This document shows positions 11,628-26,600 of a stretch of DNA of 64,000 nt, in pieces. The DNA comes from Nemertoderma westbladi (lineage: Eukaryota; Animalia; Xenacoelomorpha): the NCBI GenBank assembly GCA_032718475.1, contig JAUCBJ010000347.1, forward strand, positions 741 through 64,740, given 5' to 3'. Within the stretch, counting starts at the first letter, position 1. Every line of letters starts with the position of its first letter. Position numbers and translations under genes: made by a program. Under the pieces are notes generated by a model, which was given only the letters and a program-made list of their open reading frames with translations, did not search any database and was not told the origin of the DNA.

Positions 11628-14600
11628 ATGAGTAAGATTTTACTTGTGCTAGCCTTATTGGTGTTAGCAGTTCAAGCGTTTCCTTTTCGGGGTAAGTTAC
11701 AGCTTACTATGCCAAGCTAAGTGACAAACAATTAATTTCATAGTAACTACCACCTTCTAAAATAGTCGAACCTACCATTGAAATCTGGCGTGTCAGTCAT
11801 AACATATTTATAGCAATATTTTTATATTGGTCCTTGAAACAATTGGTTTTTCCAAGAAATTATTGTCACTAAAAAATATATTAACTATCACAAATACATT
11901 TTATATCACCAGAAATAAACTATAACCTATTGTTCTATTGAATTTCGTTTATTGTTTTGGTTATAATAATGTGCCTCAGTAATTTTCTCAGTTTCCCTTA
12001 TTTAGTGATAATTAATAGATTTTAGTGATAATTTATTATTATTATTGTTAAAATTTGGAATTGAATATTTTAGTGATTTTAAAAAATAAGTAAAAATTGT
12101 CACTTGTGCTTGGATCTAAAATGCCTCACACTCTTACAAAGTGCTAGATTATAAATCTTGAAGTAAGTAATAATTATATACTTTGTGGGTTAATAGTAGG
12201 TTAATGTACTCCCAACATAAAGTTTGGATGAAGTGCAAATCAGTTTCGAGTTACACCCACTGTTTACCCAGATTTACTTTATCGTATCAACTTGTTCAGT
12301 TTAACATAATTTGTAAAATGATGTTGGTTTTGCTAAAATTCAGTTAGCCTTGGTTATTTCACCATAAATATATTTTGACTATTGGAACTCCGCAAGGTTC
12401 ACTCATGATGAGTCATTAATATTTGCCTTATGCAAACAAAATCATCATATTTCAGTTAATTTAACCAAATCATAACGGTGTAAATATAAGGTGTAGTAGA
12501 ATGCAGCATCCGCCATATTAAATTTATTATTAAGCCGTAGAATCTTGATAACGGGCACCGTAATCGAAGCAACAATTTCCCAGTAAATGGAATCTTGAAG
12601 GCCAGTGGTGTACATAATAAATATGCTGATAATTCTTAGCATTATTAATATTAATAACATTTTATTTTAATAAATTAACGTTTTCTTCTGATAATATAAT
12701 GTTATAGGTCCGGAAACGCAATCTTCAACGAAATATGTATTTGATTACAACGGTTTTGCGGTGACAAGTTTGGAGGGACTAGTTAAAAAACATGTGGGAT
12801 TCCACATTGCCTGCCGAGTTGAATTCGTTCCAGTTAATCATGATAAGTTAATGCTCAAGGTGAATAACATTAACCCCCACTTATATAATAATTTATTGGA
12901 ATGTATATTAATTATTATTATAATTTATTGGAAGTAAAATACAAGTGAACTGAAAACAAATGTTTCATGAAGTCCCATCTTTCTTAAATCATAAATTTTA
13001 ACAATTTTTTCTAAACATTTTATATTCAACATTATTTTACTATTTAATACTGTATGTCAATTCTATATTTCAGATTGTAGATCCTTATCTATATGACGTA
13101 GAAGGAACATGGGAGAAGGAGGAAGAATCTCTGGATGTCAAGACAATTAATGTGGAATTAATGGAAAAACTAAAACCTCTGTTGGTAGAAAACCAGGTTG
13201 TCTTCAAGTATGTCAATGGCAAAGTTTTTGAGATTGAAGCAAAGAGTGAATTACCTGATGAGGTTCTTAACATCTTCAAAGGTATCATCAACTTAATTCA
13301 AATTCAACTTCAAGAGAACAGATTTGTCTACAATTTGCAAGAAGTAAGTTATTATGTGTTTAAACAGGTAAACCAGTGTATGTACCTGCCTAGACCTACA
13401 TACGTAGCAGATAAACCAGTGTATGTACCACCTAGACCTACATACGTAGCAGATAAACCAGTATATGTACCGACCTAGACCTACATACGTAGCAGATAAA
13501 CCAGTGTATGTACCGACCTAGACCTACATATGTAGCGGATAAACCAGTGTATGTACCTACCTAGACCTACATACGTAGCAGATAAACCAGTGTATGTACC
13601 TACCTAGACCTACATACGTAGCAGATAAACCAGTGTATGTACCGACCTAGACCTACATACGTAGCAGATAAACCAGTGTATGTACCTACCTAGACCTACA
13701 TACGTAGCAGATAAACCAGTGTATGTACCTACCTAGACCTACATACGTAGCAGATAAACCAGTATATGTACCGACCTAGACCTACATACGTAGCAGATAA
13801 ACCAGTGTATGTACCTACCTAGACCTACATACGTAGCAGATAAACCAGTATATGTACCGACCTAGACCTACATATGTAGCGGATAAACCAGTGTAAGTAC
13901 CTACCTAGACCTACATACGTAGCAGATAAACCAGTGTATGTACCTACCTAGACCTACATATGTAGCAGATAAACCAGTATATGTACCTACCTAGACCTAC
14001 ATACGTAGCAGATAAACCAGTGTATGTACCAACCTAGACCTACATACGTAGCAGATAAACCAGTGTATGTACCTACCTAGACCTACATACGTAGCAGATA
14101 AACCAGTGTATGTACCTACCTAGACCTACATACGTAGCAGATAAACCAGTGTAAGTACCTACCTAGACCTACATACGTAGCAGATAAACCAGTGTATGTA
14201 CTTACCTAGACCTACATACGTAGCAGATAAACCAGTGTATGTACTTACCTAGACCTACATACGTAGCAGATAAACCAGTATATGTACCTACCTAGACCTA
14301 CATACGTAGCAGATAAACCAGTGTATGTACCGACCTAGACCTACATACGTAGCAGATAAACCAGTGTATGTACCGACCTAGACCTACATACGTAGCAGAT
14401 AAACCAGTGTATGTACCTACCTAGACCTACATACGTAGCAGATAAACCAGTGTAAGTACCTACCTAGACCTACATACGTAGCAGATAAACCAGTGTATGT
14501 ACTTACCTAGACCTACATACGTAGCAGATAAACCAGTGTATGTACTTACCTAGACCTACATACGTAGCAGATAAACCAGTATATGTACCTACCTAGACCT

Positions 14601-17600
14601 ACATACGTAGCAGATAAACCAGTGTATGTACCGACCTAGACCTACATACGTAGCAGATAAACCAGTGTATGTACCGACCTAGACCTACATACGTAGCAGA
14701 TAAACCAGTGTATGTACCAACCTAGACCTACATACGTAGCAGATAAACCAGTGTATGTACCTACCTAGACCTACATACGTAGCAGATAAACCAGTGTAAG
14801 TACCTACCTAGACCTACATACGTAGCAGATAAACCAGTGTATGTACTTACCTAGACCTACATACGTAGCAGATAAACCAGTGTATGTACTTACCTAGACC
14901 TACATACGTAGCAGATAAACCAGTATATGTACCTACCTAGACCTACATACGTAGCAGATAAACCAGTGTATGTACCGACCTAGACCTACATACGTAGCAG
15001 ATAAACCAGTGTATGTACCGACCTAGACCTACATACGTAGCAGATAAACACCTCAAAACAATTGCAAAACAAACGAATGAGATTAAAGTAACAGTATCTT
15101 TAAATACATAATACAACACATATTACAATCGATTAATCTTTCTTGAAAAATTTTCCTCTAATTCACAATAAATAATTATAATTAAAATGTACACCAAGGT
15201 TGGAATAAATGAAAGCGAATTATTAGAGCTCACCAGATACAAATATATAATAAGTGTATTTATGCTAATGGGGATCATGTGTGTGTTGGATCATTTAACG
15301 TAATATATTATGATATGCATGATGATGGGGTGATGATAACTCCACCTACTGGCTCCAGAAGTCGAGGAAATCCTGCCAAGTACCTAACTGATTTAGACTT
15401 TGCTGATGACTTAGGAGTACTCTCAGAATCATTAGAGGGAGCCCAACGGCTCCTCAGCTCATTAGAACATGCTGCTTCTAGTGTTGGTCTTTTTATTAAC
15501 TCCAGAAAGACCAAAATTCTGACAGTTAACTTTGAAAGTCCTCAGCAAGTCTCTGATCGGATGAGCATAAGCTCAAAAGATGGTATGCTTGAGCATGTGG
15601 ACGACTTCTGTTACCTGGGATCATGGATCCGGAAGTCAGGTGAGGACATTCGAATACGTAAGGGAAAGGCATGGGCAGCCTTGAATAGGCTTTCCAGGAT
15701 TTGGAAGTCACCGAGAATTAATCGGAAACTTAAGGTCCGATTATTTAGAGCAGCAGTAGTTCCAGTACTCCTCTACGGGAGTCCATGCTGGGCTCTAACT
15801 ACTGAGGACACCAAATCTCTGGATGGCACATTCACAAGAATGCTACGCCGGGTTCATTGTGTCAAGTACAATGCACACATCTCCAACCAGACACTATATA
15901 ACATTGGAGGTGTCTCATTGGTTCCCCCAAGCTTGACACTAGAACAAAATCGCCTCCGCTTTGGAGGACATTGCTTTCGCCGTGAGGACCAGCCAGTGCA
16001 TAATCTTGTACTTTGGCAGCCTCATGGAGTAAATAAGCATGGTGGACAGCTCATGACTTTCTTGAGACGCATCTTAAAGGACACTGGCCTTAAAGATGCG
16101 GATGATCTAGCAAATGTCATGGGTGATAGGGAGTTGTGGCGGTGCAATTTTGTCGAACAAAATGCCGGCACAGCATTCTTAAAAATGCAGCTGCAATGCA
16201 GCATGCCGATCCTAGTAGTAGTATGATATGCAGTTATAATAGAGAAGCATAATTGAAAGCAAAATCATTTTGTATCTATTAATTAATACAAAATTAATTA
16301 TTACAGATTGGGATTGATGGCGAATGTGAGACGACATATAATGTATTTAGAGCCGGTGAGATTTCCAAAAATATCGAAGTTACAAAAACCCGCAACTTGG
16401 AACACTGCAAAACTAATAACTATTTCATGAGATTCTTAACAAAATATACAAAGGACTTCTCTGTGAGTATTAATTAATAAATTAATAAACATACTGTAGT
16501 AATGCCGTATGACCAAATTTGCTTTTAAACCATGTACCTCACAATGAATTATTATCTTTATCGCAAAGCTTTAAACTAGACTTAATGAACTATATAATTT
16601 TAATATTATATCAATAACTAGTTAATCAAGCACTATTTAATTTAAATCACATAATGATCAATAATTTGTAACACCTCTTGATATATATTTAGACGACTGA
16701 GAAGAAATTCAGAAAAGCCTCAACTTTCCAGTATAAATTACTTTGGTCTGAGGCAAGCACAGAGAAGTTTCTCATTGAGAAGGTTGAAGCTCGTGATGGT
16801 TTTATGTTTGTTCCTTACACTAACCGGCAGTTAACTCTGGCATTCCATGCCAAGTAAGTAGATAATTAAATAGGTTTATGTATTTTAGCTGTTAACTGAA
16901 GTGCGTAAGGAATACGAAATAGCATTTTAAATTTGCAAGTAAATCGAAGAAACAAAGCGGGATTGTAAGCAAAACCCATAGACAATTACAAGTTGTGACA
17001 AAAACCCATGACAAGTTTAGGTGAGTTGAGACTTTCCCCAGACACATATCCATATGACGAGTGGTCATGATGAATTTCTTCTTTATTTTAAATACGAAAT
17101 AGCCACTATAAAAGTCTAGGGAGGTCAAGTTAACACTGTTTCTGAGTTGTTTCGTATTTTGTGAAATCTAAACGAATCATTGATTAAATACTAAGTGTTA
17201 AACTTATAAATATACTATTATTAGTATAGTACCGGTATCAGAAATAGGTAAATGGTTGAATGGAAATATATGAATAATCTTTGTGGAAAAAAGTAACAAA
17301 TATTCGTTAGAAGATTACAAATGGAGAAGGGAATAATTTTATTTATATTCCTATCAACCACGAATACATTTGCTAGGCCTATTATATATTTAATATAATA
17401 ATTGTTTGTATATGGTTGAAATAATGCAGGATAATAAATAAATAAATTAATTATGCTATTAATTAAATACGTATTTAAAATAATTAAAATAAATAGTTAA
17501 AATAAATATTAATTATCACTCCAAAAGAATCTCATACTAAATAAATATGCCGAATTAATTCACGGTTTATTCATAATGCAGTTTGTGTTTTTGTGTTTAA

Positions 17601-20600
17601 TGTTATGTTATATTATAAAATATTTCAGACAAATTCTTACTTCAGTGGGAAAGGAAGAGATTGATAATGTGCAGGAAATTGAAGATTTGCAGATTCGCGG
17701 TGATCTGATGTACAAAGTGCCAGTGGTAGTAGCCCACGAGGTTGAAGAGACCAATGTCCTTCAACACGATATCAAACAAGTTATTGAAGATATCATCACA
17801 GCTGTAAAGGATAAGGATATTATGGTTAATATTAATACTTAGCATACATTTACATACCCACTTCTTAAAATATAACGCATTTTCATCCTAAAATGAAGCA
17901 CTTACACCATCAAAACGTTGATTACAACGGATTGCAAACCGATGGTGACACTAGCTCCAGTTATCAAAATGTGGAAGGAATTATTCGATTTTTGAAATAC
18001 ACATGTTAATGTTTCTGTTGTATTTTAGTGAAACTTTAAATTTTATCTTATTATGATTGTTCTGATAACTTAAGATTTACAATGTAGAAACTTTACTGTA
18101 ACTTTTGTATTATAAGTCTTTCTCATTTTGCTTCTTAAGGAAGGGTATGCACCATTTTCGGACAACTTGTTGTTTTTTCACTCCCATCTTGCCTTTAATT
18201 GGGATTGAAGGTGCCCAAGTTGTAATTCTACACGTGTCACTGAAAATGTTTCATTTTCATCCATTTAGTATTAGTTAATATTACTTAATATAAATAAAAA
18301 GGTAGTTGCGCTTTAAAACCTAAGGCATCTATAGTTTTAATTCTGTTTTTATTTGACTAATGTGGGGCAGCATAAGGCGAATTTAAATGAAAATAAGTCT
18401 GGGCCGCTAGTGGCCGCTTCAAATAATTAATGAGCTATTTTTAAGATAGTTATAAGTTTGTATTAGATAGTAATAACGATTTCTTTCAAAAAGTTGTCTG
18501 ACACATTTGTGCACAATCACAATCTAGACATTCAGTGAAAATTTCAGATAATTTGGACAAAAATTGTAAATGTAAAATATTAGGGTATTGAATTTTTTAA
18601 AGTCGGTAAAAAAAATATTCTGAGAAAATTGGAGATAACATTTTGCACCAAAATTATTTTCAAGTATTTAGTGTTTGTGAAGATAAAAAACATACAATAT
18701 TATATTAGGTTTTGATTACTGGTCACAAGTAAATTAAATTCAATTACATATTCTTCAGTAGAATATTTTTAAATTTATTGCCATTATTGCATATTATTAT
18801 GAACAACTAGAAAATATCCGCATAAAATTATTTATTATATTACAATATCTAGACACTCACAAAGGAAATGCCAGAAAAGTTCACCATACTCGTAAAGTAC
18901 ATGAAGGAGTGTAGTAAAGTTACCATTCAAGCTCTTGTGGATCGATTCGTTAACGATAAACGAGCCCTCCAAGTCCTTTTCGATGTCATGGGATCAGCTC
19001 CAACAACATCAAACCTAAAGATTGTCAAGAGTCTGGTGAGTAAATATCATATTCCATTCGGACATAATAAAATAATTTTTATTGTAACTAGAAACTGGTA
19101 ATATGAAGTCCCCTGAGGAAACTCCATAATTAATATATTTTACATTGCAAAAAGAAACCGGTATTATTAAACCACATCAGACCTAATTAATTAACGTCTC
19201 ATTGTAACTAGAAACTTGATATATCCTCATTTATATTCCAATCTGACTAATGTTAAGGTGAAAAATTAAAGATGAAAAAGTATGGTTGTTTTTTTATTAG
19301 TTATGAGATCTTAACAATTTTTATAAATACTATTTTTGCAGATTGAAACAAAATTTACTGAAGTAAAGTTCTTCCTTCCAACATTCTTTAAGTCTGTCGC
19401 CATGGTCGGGAGCGATGAAATCCAAGTAGCAGAGATTTTGAAGGAGATTATGCTTCTAGATAAAGTCGTAGAACAAAAGATTCTCAAGCATACTCTATGG
19501 AAAACATACGGCTCTATTGTCTCCCGCATATGTATGGATCGTAAGACATGCCCCCTCGACCTTATTGAGGTAAGTTTATTACATTTAAGGGAATTGGGCC
19601 TAAATGAGTTAGTTGCTCGTATCTCTCGTCTACCATTACATTCGATTTGTGTCGGGTATAGTTTCTGTGAAGTCATCCACATATATTCTGTAAATTACTT
19701 TGTCTCTAAAGTCTCATGAAATCTCCAGATACCGTATGTACTATGGTTATCTGGAATGGTAACATAGGATTACCCCTAATGCTTTTCAGGTTATTTCCAA
19801 GGGGGTCCTTAATGTTACTGTCTTACAAATACAATATAACACATTACAAAAAAAATACACTTTGCTAACACACAACTCATACAAAACATAATTAATAAAT
19901 AAATACTCTAATTCCAACTGTACCGAGAGCGTGGCAATGCCAAAATCAGTGTTAATGATGTACAAGTACAGTACATGTACAATTTATAAATACTCTAATT
20001 CCAACTGTACCGAGAGCGTGGCAATGCCAAAATCAGTGTTAATGATGTACAAGTACAGTACATGTACAATTTATAAATACTATGATTCAAATGAATGTGA
20101 ATTCTCTAGATTTTTTTTTGATTAGACAAAGCGTTCTAGGTTTTAATACCGTTAAAACTGAAGAATCTGTTTCTAAAGATTTACAATTCGAAAGGTAAAA
20201 GTTTTGAAGCACTATCTCAGGTACTGTAAGAGTGTGTATCTCACATTCTGTTGAATTATTGAATAAGGTAATGATTTATTAGAAATTTGGTACCATTTTC
20301 ATCTTAAAAAGTGTAAGAAGGGTGTTTGTGCTTGTCGTCAATCGAGGGGATTTCAAAATGCAGACAAGAATGTCATAGATGGAAACGGGAACGAGGTATC
20401 TCCGTTGTTTCACACTCACAGATTGTGTTACTTTTTGTTTTCTACTTTATTGGCACTTTTTATTTTTGCTACTCTAACAGCCAATTCTCAGATTATTGGA
20501 GACTACCGAAAATATAGAAGATAAGCTGATGCTAATCAAAGCCGTCGGCAACATGGAACTTCGTAAACCTCAAGACATTGATGTTCTTGCCAAGATTTCC

Positions 20601-23600
20601 AAGAAAAGGAGTGAGAAGGTTATTGTACGCGCTGAAGCAATCAAAGCTCTGAAGAATTCCATGAAAATTGTCCCAGAAAAGGTACGCACTTGCACCATTA
20701 CTCTTGCAATAGGTAGGTAGCTTTTAATAATAGTAATTAGATACTACTTAACTATAAATTAATATGTAGTATTTAAGATTTCATGTGATGGCGTAATATG
20801 TGATCGCACAATTCTGATGACATGTTTCAGAGGAAATAGTTAATTATTAATTATGATTTTCAGGTTCGAACCATTGTTCTACCAATATTTCTAAATGAAC
20901 GAGAGGAAACTGAACTGAGGATTTTGGCTTTCACAATCCTAATGGAGGAAACCACAGAGAAGATGTTATCCAATGTAGCTATGGTTGCTGTTGTCGCTCA
21001 AAAGTTAAACACAGAGACCGATATGCAGCTGGTCAGCTATGTATACAGCTACTTCCAGAGTCTTGCTGATACAACTGAAATATCCAAACGAGATTTGTAA
21101 GTTTGTAAAAGTAGCCAAGCAATTTATAACAATAATATTTTCAATCATATTTGTACTTAGTATAATATTGAGAACATGATAGTTTGGGCCTAAGTTCCAA
21201 GGATGATGTGCTTCAGCATGTAGATAGATGACTTCTGATCCTTTGAAGCGCGGATTCGGAAGTCACGTGAAGACTTCGAATAGGTAAGGGCGGCGTGGGC
21301 AGCATAGAATGTGATGTGTTATATAAATTTGGAAATCATAAATACATAATAATATTCTATCCATCTATTAAGATTGAATACACTTAAGAATATATTATTT
21401 AGAGCAACAGTAGAACCAGTCATCATAAGGGAGTCCAGGCTGGTCTCTCTCATTGCTTTTTTGTTTTCGGATTATCTCACAAAAAAGTCATGGGTGATAA
21501 GCAATTGTAGCGGCGAAATTGAGTTGATATTCCGACATTGCATTGTTAATGCAACAATGCTGAACTCCGTTTACAGAAAGATTATATATCGAGGAAAAGG
21601 ACGTGTTTTTCATTATGATTTCCAACCAGATTTAAATGAATAATGACGAATTTAAATATATTCAGTTAATATAAATTTAAATTTTTTTTTCTCAGTGCCA
21701 CTGCAGCTAAACTAGCTCTCCGATTCTGCAAGAACTTTGATAAAGTCACATCAGAGAGAATGTCAGGGGTCATTCACATACCATTTTACTCCGAGGAACT
21801 TAGGGCCGGATCCACACTGGAAATTCACCTTATTAAGAAGGAATTTGACTTATTCCCCAGAAATATCATCATCAAAATGAAATCCCATGGCTCCGGTTAT
21901 GGCATGGAAGTTTTCGAGGTATTTCAGTCTATATTTATTATACATAATGATATATTCAATTAGATATTATTAATTATTAATTAAGGTTGTAGTGTACTAT
22001 TAAGTTGCTATATAGATAATTATTAATTTATTGAATTGAATAAGAAATAATACGTCTATATATTTATTTGCCTACTAGTTGAATATAAGAACCGAGAATT
22101 TACATCGTCTGCTGACACTTGTTTTTGGACAAGAAGGACTGAATCTCAACATAGAAAACTTTATAAACTGGATCAAACAACAAACCACTACCGAGGTGAC
22201 TAATGTTATTAAGACACTTATATCGGATAACTTACACAGCTTCCTTCACCATGATGAACAGCTTAAACCCAACCTCTTTATCCAACTAAAACTAAATTCA
22301 GACAACTTCTTCGACCTTTACATTGATGAGGAGACCATCCGATCACATATAAATGTTAGTAATAGAGCAGTTAGATACATATTACTTTTTTATAATTACT
22401 TGCAACATTTTATTTATAAGATATCCATATATTTTATATTTACTTTGCTCCAGCCAAAACCAATAAAACAAATAACACTAAGTAAGTCTGCATAATTATA
22501 ATATCACTACAACAGATATATGAAAGTAAAATTCTTTAAAAAATCATGAAAAAAATAATAATTAAAAATATGATAACATTATTTATGAATCATGGGTACA
22601 ATCTTATTATCGGAACTATTTAGACTTTTAAATAGGCTACATAAGCTATACTAATTAATCTGAGTAAACATGGTATTCAGATAACCAGTTAAACCAGTCT
22701 GGATATATATTCAGTCTGGACTCCTTTGAGAGCAGGAACGACCGACAAGTGGATGCCCTGAGTATATGGGTGTCCCTCGAGTCTGCCAGGCCCGCCTCTC
22801 AGTTGACTACCCCATATCCTCCCAACTACAGCAGAACAGTGACGAGGTTTATGATACCCACTTTGCCAACGTTCTTCCTAATGGAGTAATGACCAGCAAT
22901 GACATGGATATAGATTCCTCCAGGGCAGATTTTCAGAACATGGTATCTGGTAACTTGTTACTCATCCGATCCAAGTGTATATCTTCATCTGTTAGCTCAG
23001 CGGCTTCTGGACTTCTCTGCCCCCTTCAGGATGGCGTTGCTACCCCGAATGGGTGTGGAGCAGTTGTACCTTCTCCTCCACTTTAGAAGATCCCACTCCC
23101 TGCTGACAGCAAGTGGGTCCTCTTGGTAGACTTTTAACACTTTCAACAACATTGATTGTTCCAACATGCTCGTGGAAATAAACGAGCATATGCCATAAAT
23201 CTCTGCCTGGATCGAAGCCTACTGCGGTACCTAGAGATTTTCCCTTCATTGGGTGACCGCAAGATTCTCAGCTGCAGTGGCTCGACTAGCTACCCGACTT
23301 GAAGGATTCTTAGATGGAGATAGCTCTTGCCTGTCCTTCCCAAAGTTGTGTCTTCTCTTCGCACTTGCCTGCCCCCCCCCCCCCCCCCCCCCCCCTCACC
23401 TCATCGAAACTACGTCCTCGCGGTTTGATTCCGTCATTCATGATGCTTTGTCTGACTTTCTCTCTTCCAGTTGGTCTGCCAATAAGGCTGTTCTCCCAAT
23501 TTCCATGGGTGGCGATTGTCTTCGCAGAGCAGTTGATCTTGCCCCGGAGCTGCGGACCCCTATGGGACCACCAGGTTAGCTGCGGTGGATGCGGGGACAG

Positions 23601-26600
23601 GGTTGCTCGTCATGACTCTTTTCAGGCGCATTAGCTACGCAATATGCTGCTCTAGCGCCTCGAAGCGAAGTCCCTGGCCTCATCCCTGGTTCTTGCAGTC
23701 ACCCAGCCGACATCTATCTCCCCTACTGATCAGCCCGAGATCCCCCCCCCCCCCCCCCCCCCCCTTCAGTCGTTGGAGTCCTTTAGAGACCTCACAGATA
23801 CTACAGATCTTACTATCTTGAACCTAGTAGGGATTTTTATTTTTATTTGCTTTGTATTATGAGGAATGGAATTAATCATTTTGATTTGTCTTGTAATGAA
23901 GTTAGGGAATTAATCATTTTGATTTGTTTTGATTATGAGTTAGGTAATTATTTATTTTAATTTGTTTTATATGAGGAATGGAATTTATTATTTTGTTATT
24001 TGCTATTTATTTTTTAATCACAAAAAATAATGTAATGATATTATTGTATGTTACTAACTACTACTTTAAGAATAGATTCAAAGATATTTCTTTTAAATAG
24101 CTTAATAATGAATGATTATTGAATGAAAAATAATACAAATATGTTTATATTTCAGAATCGTGAAGATATTTTCTTCACAAACGTAGAAAAATTATTGGGA
24201 ATGATTAAGAATGGACAGAACTATTTCTACAAGAAAAACCTAATCTCCTACGAATCTACAATTCAAGTACCGACAATCATGGGTATCTCTGCCCAGTACA
24301 ATGTCACAACCGCATCCTTTATGGCTCTGAAGACAGATATAAATATAAAGCAGATATTTGAAATTCTGGAACGGATTTTACTGAGAAATCGAATTAATAA
24401 GAATTTCGTGTTTCAACCAATGTGAGTTACATGAAATAACAGTTTAAACATTATCTGATGGGAAGTCACACTTTATAACTTTCTATCCATTATATAATTA
24501 CCTTTAAAAATTAAACAAATTTTAACTAAATGAATGAGATTCGTGCTTAGGTGAGTGATTGTTCTGTGTATTAAATCTGTTATATTTCAGTACTATTTTA
24601 TCAATTATATGGCCATAGAAAGCAGGTTAACTCTTGAAGTAGTTTAATGGCCGATTAACTAAACTCTCTAATAGGAATCATGTGAAACCCCCATTTTTCC
24701 ACTCCTACTCATCGGAATCCTTGCTTTCAATTAAAGCATTTAAATGAATAATTTTCATTAATTATCCATTAAACTCTATTGCAGGTTTTCAATGACGAGA
24801 TTCGCCCATTTTGGATTTGATATGAAATTTGCACAGACTGGAGGTCTACGTAAATCCAATATTGTGTTTGTTACACCTATCGAAAATGTAAAGGTGGATT
24901 TCAATTCGGAGAATTATTTGAAAAACAATCTGGAACTGAAACTCGCTTCCGAAAAAGTCGACTTCATTGAATACAAGTAATAATTCTTTATAATTATAGA
25001 TGCTTTCCATTATTATTATGTCATTATTTTTTATAGAAATCCTTTCAGTATAAAAGATCCTTATTATATGAAATATAATTATTATTTGAAAACATAATTT
25101 TCAACCAAATTTTTCATTTTAGAGATGAACTTTTGAAGTTTACCAAACAACCTTTGGAGGTCGAAGGAATAACCGAGAATTTGTTTCATTTTAATGAAGA
25201 TCACCAGATCATTTACCCAGAATTCCCCAACCAAACACCGTTGGACTTTGTTCCCTACTTTAAAATGATGGGATTGAAATTTGGAATTCGTGGTGAGATG
25301 CCATTTGATTGGCAACTAATTAATAGAGACATTTCTATCTTCAAGGAACCTAAAGGACTAGTTGATCTGAAGTTCTACATTGATCCAGGTAAAACTAAAG
25401 TGTATTATTATCAATGATTAGTATTATTCATCCCGAATTTTAGTTCCATTTGTTCCCATAGGATCTAATACCATAGTTCCCATAGGTTGCCGCCGCTATT
25501 CCTTCTAGGTTAAACATCTTAATAAAATCAGGGGCATTATCTATCATACCGTGCCAGATTAATACTGCAGGTAAATGCTATATTTGATTAAACTGCCCTT
25601 GTATTTGTTTTTAGTTTTCACAAGTTTTTGTCTTTGCATTATCTACCGGACCGGTAAGGTTTTTTGCTTCACTTCGTGGCGAATAATTAAATAAATTCAA
25701 ACGACTAGGCCTCTAGGTATCATAGTAAATATGTAATTTACAGAGGACAACATTATAACAATTGAAATGGAAAACGTGAATTTGTTACCAACGAACGGCT
25801 CATATCTTCAGACCCCTAGTCGATAACCAATCGGTCTCGTTCACCCAAAGTCCTATTTATAAATATTTATTCAAACTTTAAATGTTAATGAATGTTATAG
25901 ATCATGCATGTAGAAAAAATGAATAAATTATACAGTAATGGAATTGTATTATAGAGTTATATGTATTTGGAAATTATAATTGGAATTACTTAATACTATA
26001 CAGTAATTATTGTTATTTCCAGTTGAGTACAATACTGATCGCGTTGTTGTCATTGAACTCACCAAGGAAACGGAATTCTACAAATTGAAACTTCGTGATT
26101 CTACCGAACAAAAGGGATTTATGTTAAAGTTCAAACTTCCTGAGCAGCTTCGTCACGGTATGGAAGTTGAAGTTTCCCCTTTTGATACCTGTAAGTACCT
26201 TGACATCAGTCTACTCCACATTGCGCCAGCTATCTATTGAATTAATTATTACTGGTATTTCTCTATCGGGGCAAGCAATAGTAAATCTTGTATGATTCGA
26301 TAAAATTATTGCATACAAATTAATTCATATTGTATAATAATACATATACGCCGGGTTTCAGCTTATTGAAAACACCATTCCACAAATAGAAAGGCCGTAT
26401 TCAATTCACTACATCTTCACATTAACAGCATAAATTAGTCTCCTGAGACCAAAATGAAAATTGTCATCAAAGAGCTCCATACGATGTCGGCTCCTTTGAT
26501 GATGCATTTTTAATTGCAAGTTTAAGTAGTATAGAATACATGTAAAATATAAGTCAATTTAATCCCATGAGAAACCATTGCCATAGGTGTTAAACTCCTA

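Noticed and set aside
13344-13478. PRPTYVADKPVYV peptide repeat extending the Vtg ORF
   Set aside because: It is read-through past the GTAAGT donor into the minisatellite, and the frame breaks once units become 43 bp.
20813-20836. Other CTGATGA occurrences (also ~13255, 15402, 29722, 57376, 57946) as hammerheads
   Set aside because: No helix II plus GAAA plus closing helix I arrangement; several lie in coding sequence.
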